DNA from: Basidiobolus ranarum
Taxonomy: Eukaryota
Assembly (NCBI GenBank): GCA_040143965.1
Contig: JASJQH010006901.1
Location: 1 to 45,415 of the forward strand
DNA: 45,415 bases
Direction: 5' to 3'
The notes under the pieces were generated by a model. That model saw only the letters and a list, made by a program, of their open reading frames with translations, searched no databases and was not told the DNA's origin. Made by a program: the position numbers and the translations under genes. Below, piece after piece: positions 1-10,235 of the stretch (its first letter is position 1; each line of letters starts with the position of its first letter).

Positions 1-286
1 CTTCCAAGGCTTTCCATACCTTCTTGGCAGTTTTGGCTCTTGAACATTGAATTAGCAATTTGTCTTTAACATTAAGACAAATTGTGTTAAAGGCACTTTG
101 TTCTTTTTTAACTTGGAGTGAAATTTTGGTTTCAGATAGTTTTGCATTGTTTTCTTCTCCTACAACAGTGTCCCAAAGTCCTTTTTCTGGCAGCAGCATT
201 TTCATTTTAATTTTCCAAACTTGAGAATTGGTACCATCCAATTTTTCAGAAGAGGGAAAAGTTACATAAATTTGAGAAGTAGACAT
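1..286 (-). CDS. Copia gag N-terminus (partial, runs off the window)
   Basis: Hand translation MSTSQIYVTFPSSEKLDGTNSQVWKIKMKMLLPEKGLWDTV...AFNTICLNVKDKLLIQCSRAKTAKKVWKALE shows the typical copia gag LxGxNxxxW...LW and TAxxxWxxL motifs, with no stop. Confidence 0.9.
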   Translation of the reverse strand, partial: MSTSQIYVTFPSSEKLDGTNSQVWKIKMKMLLPEKGLWDTVVGEENNAKLSETKISLQVKKEQSAFNTICLNVKDKLLIQCSRAKTAKKVWKALE

Positions 287-305
287 TACAGAGAGCGCAA
301 GCTTG

Positions 306-317
306 GGGCTCATAACC
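306..317 (-). other. Primer-binding site, half-tRNA(iMet) type
   Basis: GGTTATGAGCCC lies directly after the LTR terminal CA, matching the Ty5/Drosophila copia type of PBS. Confidence 0.85.
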
Positions 318-645
318 TGTTAAGTATTTGGGAGACTGTTGGAAGTGGTTTGGAGAATTAGAGGAATTGGTGGTTTTCACTTATTGCTTTATTGAGTAGA
401 AAGTTGACATATATAGTTTTGTCAAGATGTAAACAAACAAACATGTAAAATATGTTAAGGAAGGTCCCAGGAACATGTGTGCAAAGTTTGGAGCTTCTGG
501 CACAAGTTAGAAAAATCTATATATCTGAGAACTTCTAAGTAAATTCCTTATGAGAATAATGGATAATATCTTAGTGAATTATAAGATAACTAAGTACTAA
601 GCTACATATGACTATATAGGTGTTTAGGCAAAGCTAATTTCAACA
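318..645 (-). repeat. 5' LTR, about 328 bp
   Basis: TGTT...AACA inverted termini; the inner end is fixed by the adjacent PBS. The partner LTR is outside the window, so the outer end is inferred. Confidence 0.75.
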
Positions 646-1239
646 ATAGTAACAAATTTCTGATGTAGGATATTGATGATTACTGAAGGTAGCTTAACTA
701 AGATTCTCAAACTTTTTATTAGTAATTTTGACTTATTGAAGCCTTGACAATTTCATTGATCCTTTAGAATAGGTGTCTATTATGAAAAGCATCCAAGATA
801 CCTGAGTCAATCTATAGTAATAGCTCCTATATTATACAGAAGAGAACCCATGACATAGCTTCAGTTAGATATTTACCATGTTAGGTTATTGAAGTGAACT
901 GTGCGTGTTAAATGTATTTTATTCAGTGCTCGTGTATTTCATATATCACTTTGTGTGTAATGATTTGAAGTACATGGGAAATCAGTAACAGGTAGGTTAT
1001 TTTTCAGGGCTAAGGCTTCACCCTTACGAAAGCATCGGGTCAGCTTCGTACACCTTAATGGTATTCAAGTATTAAATAGGGTCAGAGTATTAAAATAGGG
1101 TCACAAATGAGAACTATTTAGATCACACGCAATGATCACATGGATGGATGGCTAGTGAAACCATTATATAACAGACAATATGAGCTGCATGTCGGCACCC
1201 TATCCCTAACCCTATCCCTAACTCTATACATACAATTAG

Positions 1240-1311
1240 AAGTATCACTAACTTGGGTTAATGATACATAAGTATCACCGCTTGGGTTAATGATATATAA
1301 GAAGTATCACT
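1240..1311. repeat. Imperfect tandem repeat, ~30 bp unit x2.3
   Basis: AAGTATCAC(n2-3)CTTGGGTTAATGATAyATA occurs twice, followed by a partial third copy. Confidence 0.8.
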
Positions 1312-1787
1312 GCATGGTATATAAATAATATTAATGCGCAGATTAGATAAAATCTATATTTATTACCCAAACATAAGCTTTACTCCGAAGCCTTTAACAG
1401 ACGATCAGGTCAAACCTCATATGAAGTCACATACTAAGACGAAGTTTTTGTTTCAGTATCAAGCCATTCATATTGTTAGAGCTCAATCTAAAACCTAACG
1501 ATTGTTGAGATGATTATTGCTCCCATTTCTAAGCAAATAACATCCAATGGAATGAAACCAGCCACATTGAACCTAAAAGTGCACATTCACGCTCACTGTG
1601 AAGAAAGAGACAAGCAACATCCCTTAAACACAATTCACATGTTCTAAATTAAGTAGAATTTTCATCAGTAAGAAGATTTCTATTTATGTTGGGCGCCTTT
1701 ACCAATTGAGACTTTGAACGTTTGTTGGGTAGTCAGGGCAGTCAGGAAATAAAATTTCTATAACCATTCCGTTGTGCTGTTTATGGT

Positions 1788-1821
1788 AAGGATTATGAAA
1801 AAGGATTATGAAAAAGGATTA
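1788..1821. repeat. 13-bp tandem repeat x2.6
   Basis: AAGGATTATGAAA repeated head to tail. Confidence 0.85.
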
Positions 1822-2526
1822 CGATGACCATGTAGGTGATGATGCGGTCGAAGTGCTAGATGCTCAACTCTAAGTACTGATCGAAAATGTACTATGGATT
1901 AACCTTTAGCCAATCGCTTGGAGCAGTTCACGTAAATAGAAATAAGTCTGTTTTCGCCACTTCAGAAATAGATCATTCCTCGCTCCATTCCTCACCACTA
2001 AACCGCTTTCCCATTGCTTATTTCATGCATCAATCAAAAAACCCAACCGTATCTACCGTCATCCAATCTAAGTTGTTGCTCTCGATCAACTCAAATGATC
2101 GGTCTGAATTGATGGCAGAATGTGAGTCGATCAATGCTGACTTAACCCTAGGCCAACCCTAACCCATATGGCAGGTTAATTTATAGAATCCCAATTTGGA
2201 ATCCTGATTTGGATTCCTGATTTGGAAACAGTGGTACTTTTCTTGTTGAACCAGCATTGATAGCGTCATGAACTCGGAAGCCAGAATTAGGGATCACTCA
2301 TATCCATAGAACTATCTATGGATCCCATTGTATAACCACATTAATATTTTTGTAAACAACGTGTACTTTGTAACCTTTTCCAAAACAATCCCATGCAAAT
2401 TTCTGTTGCGGTCGAAAGATATAAATATCTGGCTAGTCGACGATCTCGTCATCGTATTACCTCCTCTTGTTCCTTTTTCACTGTTTGCGTTTCCGTTTTC
2501 TCATTTTCATTTGACAAACAATTTCA

Positions 2527-3786
2527 ATGTTGGAGAGTTTCGTTTCCAATTCAGAATGGACAAGGTGTGAAGATGTCCCCATATTGATCACACCGCCTCA
2601 AGAGGAATACCTTACTTTGGGTGAGGATTCTCTTCTAACGTCTACCTACCACCCCCACGCCAACTTTGATCTTGGTCGACCAATGTTGGACCAGTCGCTT
2701 CCCAACTCCTCATTAACATCGCTTAGTTTTGGGAAGTTTAGAAGTGTCCCTAATCTTCATTTTGACCTATCGGACTCTGAATGTGAATTATCTGGCTATG
2801 GTTCCCTCGTACCCTCACCTATCCCTTCGCCATTGGGGGATACTTTTGGATTTGAAGATGAATTCACATCGTTTCCTGTCCCTAATCGTAGGGATAGCTT
2901 TACCTACTCCGATACATCAGAGTTGCATGAAGAAGTGAATGGTTTATTTATACAAGATCTTCCATTCACGAATTTCTCTAATTTCTCCACCGACACCCTT
3001 TCCCCACCACCATCTAATTATACGGGACGTTCTCGTTCAGCCAGTATGACCATCCCTCGAACCCAACAACAATCAGATAATTCATATCCTTCTACTTCCC
3101 CATATGGTAACTTTAACCTCGACAATCGAAGCTTCACCGATTTACCTTCCACTGCTCAGTTGTTACGTTCACGGGCTAGTAGTATGTCTTCGCTTCCACT
3201 TCATAACTCTATTGTGCCACCACCACCACCCAACAACTATGACATCTATAGTATGGTTCCTATTGACGGTTATCCAGAAGGATATTCACCGATAGCTTCA
3301 CCACCTCTTGACCAATTCCAAACATCGGTAAATGGCTCGGTCGAATCACTACCGAACTTATCATCATCCTACAGTTCTTATCAAAGTTATGGTCATCCTT
3401 ACGATAGTAATGGTTCCTCAACAGAGTACCTCTCCTTGGAGGATACAGTATCAGTATCTGATTATTACCATCACCCTGGTACTTTATCTTATAATATCTC
3501 CGATATATCTTCACATCCTTATTCAATGAAAGGAAAACGTGGGAGGTCGCATACATGTCATTTTTGTCAACGTCCATTCACACGTAAACATGACCTTCAT
3601 CGACATATCCGGGTTCATACCGGAGATAAGCCGTACAAATGTGAATTTTGCGGGAAAACTTTTGCCAGAACCGATGCTTTAAAACGACACTTTCGTGTGG
3701 ATGAAGAGTGTGGAAAAGCTCATGAAGTTTCCAATCTAGGTAAAGGAGATGTGGATTCGGTGGCGAAAGATACATTAACTCAATAA
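2527..3786 (+). CDS. C2H2 zinc-finger transcription factor (419 aa, intronless)
   Basis: C-terminal CHFCQRPFTRKHDLHRHIRVH, TGDKPY linker, then CEFCGKTFARTDALKRH..C; long Ser/Pro-rich low-complexity N-terminus. Confidence 0.93.
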   Translation: MLESFVSNSEWTRCEDVPILITPPQEEYLTLGEDSLLTSTYHPHANFDLGRPMLDQSLPNSSLTSLSFGKFRSVPNLHFDLSDSECELSGYGSLVPSPIPSPLGDTFGFEDEFTSFPVPNRRDSFTYSDTSELHEEVNGLFIQDLPFTNFSNFSTDTLSPPPSNYTGRSRSASMTIPRTQQQSDNSYPSTSPYGNFNLDNRSFTDLPSTAQLLRSRASSMSSLPLHNSIVPPPPPNNYDIYSMVPIDGYPEGYSPIASPPLDQFQTSVNGSVESLPNLSSSYSSYQSYGHPYDSNGSSTEYLSLEDTVSVSDYYHHPGTLSYNISDISSHPYSMKGKRGRSHTCHFCQRPFTRKHDLHRHIRVHTGDKPYKCEFCGKTFARTDALKRHFRVDEECGKAHEVSNLGKGDVDSVAKDTLTQ

Positions 3787-5687
3787 GAGTGGAGTTTTCT
3801 TAAGGGAAATTTCCAAAGTATCATTATTTAATGTACATTATTATTCGACTGTTTTATGTCACAGTACAGTCTATTGTTGACCTTTTGATTTGTATATATA
3901 GTCACATACATACATACATCAATATATAACACCATTCCATTCCATAGTTGTTATTGCTTTTCCTTCTTGAATTTGTTTACTACTTACAGCTCTACCATAA
4001 TATAACTTTTACCCAAGAAATATTTCCCGTTCTTCCCCCTCCTTATTCATCCAATAAATTTCGTAACCTTGTTGGGATAAGATCATCCTCTGAAGTTGTA
4101 TCAAAATCTTGCTGAGATATACACATCCAGTAGAATTCAATCAATCCGGTAAGGAATGATACTGCATTGAATGAAGAAAACCTGCTAGTTTAGCATGAGT
4201 CACCAATGGCAATCTCCTTTAAAAATAACCCAATCTTTAAATACATTCGATTCAAATAAGGTAGGCCGTGTGACGTCATCGAGTAGGATGAAGATTCAGA
4301 CTTATCCCAGATATGAATGTTACTCACCCAATATGATTGAATGGCCATCGGGAGACATATACTTGGTTTCGGTATCCAAATGAAGAAGGAAACTCAGCCG
4401 AGTCTAGTAGATCCAGGAGGTTACACAACGACATGAATCCAAGCGGTACTCTGATTATTATTATTTAACAATTAATGATCCACATCTTTATGTCACACGG
4501 AGGATTCGCATCATTCATTTCTAATAGGATTTAAGATGTCTAAGAATTGGTTGGGATGAAATTGGTGTTACGAAGATAAACTGCCGAAGGAATTCACCAC
4601 TTTTTTTTCTTCATTTCCTTTGGTGCGTGAGTTGTTAGAGAAACTGGTTTTTTGGATAGTTATTTTTGGTTATCACTACCTATCTTAAGATTACCGAGTC
4701 TCGATTGGTCCATTCTTATTTTGGTATGAAGTTATCCCTGATGCCATGAAATCTATTATTATATTGGAAACGGGTGAGATTGATTTGCATCTATTTAAGG
4801 TTTCGGCCCTCATGGTAGGGGTAGCAAGTGGCTAAACACTCATGGACTATTAAGGGAATAAGGAAATATTGAGCCAGATGCATCTTATATCTCGTATCTC
4901 ATATCCCATGTTTCTTATCCCATATCCCTCGGTCTCGTCTCCAACCCTTTGAATATTTACAGATGGAGGTATTGTAATCAAATCCGATGGGGTAACAAGA
5001 ATATACCCACCATGCACCTCATGATTACTACTGATGCATGAGTGATATTTGCTTTCACAGCGTACAGGTTGAACAGTACAGGTTGAATTACTTGGTCATT
5101 AAATAGAGTAACGTGTTCATTCCCCAATACCTATTTGGGTATTTATGTAGTACAATATACTAACTTTATTGTATTTTATGAATTCTTCCTTAAATCAAAT
5201 AGAACTGTAGCGGAGCATTAGAATAACCGCAATTACACTAACACCTTATTATATTCCACATTGTTGTATCCCCGAATAGAACTCCATTGTTATGAGAATC
5301 TGTGTTGATATTCTCATGGAACAAAGAACAAATACTTACCACCATCAATATAACCCCATTCACTGTCAATGACATTCAAGAGACAACAAGCCATGGAAGA
5401 CAATGTATAACTAACAATTACCAACTCATTTCTCTTGTTTATTTTGGTCCAAATGTTGTTGATAATGGTGATAGGGGTTATTAAAATTAGTGACTATGAG
5501 TTACAGTAAAAGCATGCTTAATCACATATTTAGAGTTCTTTCATTTCACACCACTTGAATTTACTATGATTAGTAGCTCAGCAACATTCTCTACTCACAA
5601 TGTATATTTAATGTAGTTGTTGAATAAGAGTTAGGGTTAGGGTCAGATGAATGAATGAATGATTTGTTTATTTGCACATTGTAGACT

Positions 5688-7160
5688 TTACTCTTTGGGT
5701 AGATTTTCTTTTCGCATATAGGTATCTCTGAATGGATCTTGATTGAAGTAATAAGCCACTTCTTCGATTTGTTCCACCTCCAAATCACGTACTGGTAAAG
5801 TTACATCCCAAGTTAACTTGGATAGATGTTGATCCAATCCGGGGCTAAGGGATCTAGAGAGAAGTGGGGTTATTTCATGACTTCATTTCCCTTACCAATA
5901 CATCATTACTTACTTGACGGCTTTGTTGAGTGGTGCGGTTTTTTTGTTGTACAAACTACGCACTACGAATTGAAACACATACTGGGGTACAGCTAAAACT
6001 GGTGTTAAATGTGGTGAACCAGGGGGACGGTGGAATTGACGAAAAGTGTACTAACCTTTGGCGTGTATAATTTTGGGAGTTACCATTAGAGCCTGGTAGT
6101 GTAACTAGAATAGGAATTGGTCAGTAAGAGATACATAACAGTACTAAGATATGAGAAAGGATGGAATATTACCGCAGGATACATGGCATTCTCTGGGAAA
6201 TCTTCTATCAGTTCAACATCACTATACGCCTGCGTAATAACAGATGTGGAAGTACGATAGCGAGATTTTGCGGGAGCCATGAATTTCTATGAATACATGT
6301 TAAAAGTTGAATGATTTAAGAAAATCACGGTTCATTTAAATTACTTTAGTAACATCAGCAGGGCATATAACGCATATCCGAACACGTCCAAATTTTTGAA
6401 AGTCTAAAGATTCACCAATGTCATTGATAGCGTAATTGATGTACATTCGATGTGGGTCGGATTTATAAACAGTGGCCATCAACAATAGATCCTCGTTAAC
6501 TGATAAATAAACGGTTCAGCTTAGTTCGTTCGACAAAAAAGTCTTTTGAATAATAGTTGAAATTCACCTTTCTCTTTACTTCTTATTGGTAGATTTCCGA
6601 GATATTCGGGGCCAAGAAGTTTCTCAGTGGTTTTATACGAAAAAGGATCCCAACGTAGCGGTACTATACGCGGTTCAACCTCACTAAGTTTCTTGGAAGG
6701 TGGAGCATATGAGACTAAAGAAACGTATGGCAAACGTTGACATATCAAGAGTAACATACTACAAACTCGTCATAAAGAGGAATACGAGGCTCAACACATA
6801 AGATTTTTTTGGGTTCATATTTCAAAAAGGCGCGAGTGTGTAAACCAACCCCTAAATAAGAACCGTACAGTTGTTAACACCCACAGATAAACAGAATAAT
6901 AGACTCATTCATATACCTGGAAGACAATCTATGATCACCTTGTCTTTAATGATGTCCTTCCCGATCTTATCCACCAGACTTTCTATAACAATTGATATAC
7001 GTGAAATTGTTTAAATGTTGTCTTTAATGAACTCTAAGTATTCCTGCAAGCTTAATTTACCAGCATATTCGGGTCGAGCAATCCAATGAGCTCGTTGCTT
7101 TGGTATTAATTTCCAGCTAGCGAGGGGAAGAATTGGGGGTAACGATTTAGGCAGAGACAT
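5688..7160 (-). CDS. MTF1: Mitochondrial transcription factor Mtf1/mtTFB-like (KsgA/Dim1 rRNA dimethylase fold), 314 aa, 9 exons
   Basis: Exons 7160-7061, 6982-6917, 6851-6760, 6691-6568, 6499-6345, 6286-6173, 6104-6056, 5992-5914, 5853-5688, all GT-AG and phase-consistent (945 nt). Motifs: VIIDCLPGVGLHT (SAM motif I), WDPFSY, FQKFGRVRI, KFMAPAKSRYRTSTSVITQAY, SLSPG. Confidence 0.85.
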
Positions 7161-7644
7161 TCTCTAACAATAATAAAGGTGAGGTAAAGAATTATCAAAG
7201 CAACCTAGCTAATGAAATATTAGATTAATATCAAATGAATATTTATTATATTGTGAATACTTTAATCAATGGGGGGGGGGTCATGATGCCTAGGAAAAAA
7301 AAGTAAACTCTATGTGACTTTCAAAGTAGAAAATTTTACCGAAAAATGGATTCACTATTAGGAGATTAATAGTATTAGCACTTTAAAATATTTCACCTGA
7401 AACAATCAATCGTAAGAAAGAGGATTTTTGTTGCCATTTTGGTGCAGAAAGATCAGAATACATGCACTAACAGTCTGGGAAACGTGGGTCTTAAAATACT
7501 AGCTGGGGAAACTGAGTTGGCCCCAAACTATTACATTTGACCAGGGGCTCCACCCCACGAAAATATCATTTCATTTTGGACAAAATATTCAGTTCGGTTA
7601 CTACTAGTGCCTGAGTGAATAGCCACGAAACGCCTTCTATTAAC

Positions 7645-10053
7645 ATGTTGCGTCAAATTTCACACTCAGGGAACCTTCGTAAAGTTCCCACTTTACTTCG
7701 TAATGTTAGAGGTATGTTAAATCCTCCTTAGCTCAGTGACTTTTATTATTTTTGCATTTTATCCCCTTTTGTAAAACATTTATGTTGGGAGAGGGTTTTT
7801 GAGCGTGTTTACTTTCTTGACTAGCTTATTCATCAGCGTAGAAGTTATTTCCCTCTCCCCTCTTTTATTTCGTCTTTTTGTCGTTCAATCCATCATCATA
7901 GCCCCTAGACAAACACTGACACACTTAATCTTGTAGCATCTCGTAGTTTCAGTGCCACTGTTGCTCGTAAAGAAGAAATCGAACTTTTTATTGATGATAA
8001 ACCGGTGAGAATTGAACAGGGTGCTGCCCTTATTCAAGCCTGTGAGAAAGCTGGTGTAGACATTCCTCGTTTTTGTTATCATGAGCGTTTATCAGTTGCT
8101 GGTAATTGTAGAATGTGCCTTGTCGAAGTTGAAAGGTCACCCAAACCAGTTGCTTCTTGTGCTATGCCAGCTATGCCTGGCATGAAGATTCGTACCAACA
8201 CACCTTTAGTTAAGAAAGCTCGTGAAGGTGTTATGGAGTTTTTATTGGCTAATCACCCTCTCGATTGTCCAATTTGTGATCAAGGTGGTGAGTGTGATCT
8301 ACAAGATCAGTCGGTCCGTTATGGTTCTGATCGTAGTCGTTTCAACGAGATTGTTGGTAAACGTGCCGTTGAAGATAAAAACCTTGGCCCACTTGTAAAG
8401 ACTTCAATGAACCGTTGTATTCACTGCACCCGTTGCGTTCGATTTGCCAATGAAGTTGCTGGTGTTCCAGAGCTTGGTACTTCTGGTAGAGGTAATGACA
8501 TGCAGATTGGTACTTATGTTGAGAAGGCCATCAACTCTGAGATGTCTGGTAACTTGGTTGATCTTTGCCCTGTCGGTGCTTTAACCTCTAAGCCATACGC
8601 ATTTACCTCTCGCCCTTGGGAATTGAAGAAGACTGAATCTATCGACGTTCTTGATGCTATCGGTAGCAACATTCGTATCGATTCTCGTGGTGTTGAAGTT
8701 ATGAGAGTTATGCCTCGCTTAAACGAAGACATCAACGAGGAATGGATTTCCGACAAAACCAGATTCGCCTATGACGGTCTCAAGAGACAACGCCTCACCA
8801 CTCCTTTGATTCGTCAAGGAGATGGATTTGTTGCTGCCACCTGGGCTGAGGCTCTTGCTGAGGTTTCAGAAAAACTTAGACAAGTTAAGCCTACTGAAAT
8901 GAAGGCTATCGCTGGACAATTGGCTGACGCAGAAAGTATGGTCGCCCTGAAAGATTTCTTCAATCGTTTGGGATCAGAAAATCTTACCATTGATAGTCCT
9001 TTGAATGGAAACACCCCTGTTCACGGTGTGGATGTTCGTTCCAACTACTTATTTAACTCTACCCTTGCTGGTATCGATGAGGCTGATGTAGTTCTTCTTG
9101 TTGGAACCAACCCCCGCCACGAAGCGCCTATTCTCAATACCCGTCTTAGAAGAAACTTCCTTCATAACGACCTTGATATTGGTGTTGTTGGTCAATCAGT
9201 CGATTTAACTTATGAATATGACCACGTTGGTGACAACGCTTCTGCCATTGAGAAACTCTTATCTGGTGAACATCCATTTGCCAAGCGTCTTGCTGAAGCC
9301 AAGAAGCCCATGATCATTGTTGGTAGTGGTATCTCAGAGCACGAAGATGCCTCATATGTATACAAATCCCTATCAGAATTCCTCCAGAAACATGAGAGCA
9401 AATTCTTCCAAGAGGGTTGGAATGGTTACAATGTTTTACAACGTGCTGCTAGTAGAGCTGGTGCATTTGATATCGGATTTGTCCCACAAGCCGAGTCAAC
9501 TGAGGCCAAATTCGTATATCTTCTTGGAGCTGATGAGGTCCAAGATTCAGATATTCCCAAGGACTCATTTGTTGTCTACCAAGGCCATCATGGTGATGTT
9601 GGTGCCCACTATGCTGATGTGATCTTACCTGGTGCTGCTTACACCGAAAAGAATGCCACTTACATAAATACCGAAGGTAGAGCACAACTCACCAGAGCTG
9701 CTGTTTCACCTCCCACTGGAGCTCGTGAAGATTGGAAGATCATCCGAGCACTTTCCGAGGTTGCTGGAGCCACTCTTGCTTATGATGATGTTACCACTTT
9801 ACGTGAACGTATGAGCGATATTGCTCCCCATCTTGTTCGTTATGAAGCTGTTGAGGCTACATCTCAACCTAACCTTGGTCTTGATCAACTATCTAAACTT
9901 CAAGCATCCGCCAAGGGAAGTCCATTCCCCGCAGTTATCAAAGATTTCTATATGACTGATGCCATTAGCAGAGCTTCTTCCACTATGGCTAAGTGCTCTT
10001 CCGCATTTTCACTTAATTCCAAGAAAGAACAATTAAAGGTTGCCCATGCTTGA
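7645..10053 (+). CDS. NDUFS1: NADH:ubiquinone oxidoreductase 75/78-kDa Fe-S subunit, 2 exons
   Basis: Exon 1 (7645-7711) encodes an Arg-rich mitochondrial presequence; intron 7712-7936. Motifs [38 protein letters not shown] and RCIHCTRC. Confidence 0.98.
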
Positions 10054-10235
10054 ATATATTTAATCAATCCACTGGCCTCTCCCCTTCCCCACCCCACCCC
10101 ACTTCACACATGACACACTAGTTTAACTCCACCGCATCAATTCTCTGTAGAAGAAACACACACATTATATAAAATACTTTCTCAAAAGTTGGATTTATTT
10201 AATGAACATGATATGTATGCAATGCATTGTACGCT

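Larger units (their letters stand above)
1..645 (-). mobile_element. 5' end of a Ty1/copia LTR retrotransposon (LTR + PBS + gag start; continues beyond the left edge)
   Basis: On the minus strand, an LTR (TGTTGA...TTAACA, 645-318) is followed immediately by PBS GGTTATGAGCCC and then a copia-type gag ORF starting at 286. Confidence 0.9.

Noticed and set aside
1240..1311. Repeat array as a possible CRISPR
   Set aside because: No unique spacers, only ~2 units, eukaryotic context and no cas genes.
1836..1880. GTGATGA...CTGA resembling C/D snoRNA boxes
   Set aside because: Only ~45 nt, with no terminal stem or recognisable rRNA guide.
1887..2587. Short + strand ORFs (91, 80 and 64 aa) upstream of the zinc-finger gene
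   Set aside because: No recognisable motifs; one has a non-ATG start; composition is consistent with promoter or UTR DNA. A uORF role cannot be excluded.
5631..5642. TTAGGGTTAGGG as a telomere or chromosome fusion scar
   Set aside because: Only two units, in the MTF1 3' flank.
7712..7936. Longer than usual NDUFS1 intron as a snoRNA host
   Set aside because: No convincing C/D or H/ACA box arrangement seen.
8514..9685. Antisense and alternative-frame ORFs inside NDUFS1
   Set aside because: Shadow ORFs expected from codon bias of a highly expressed gene.
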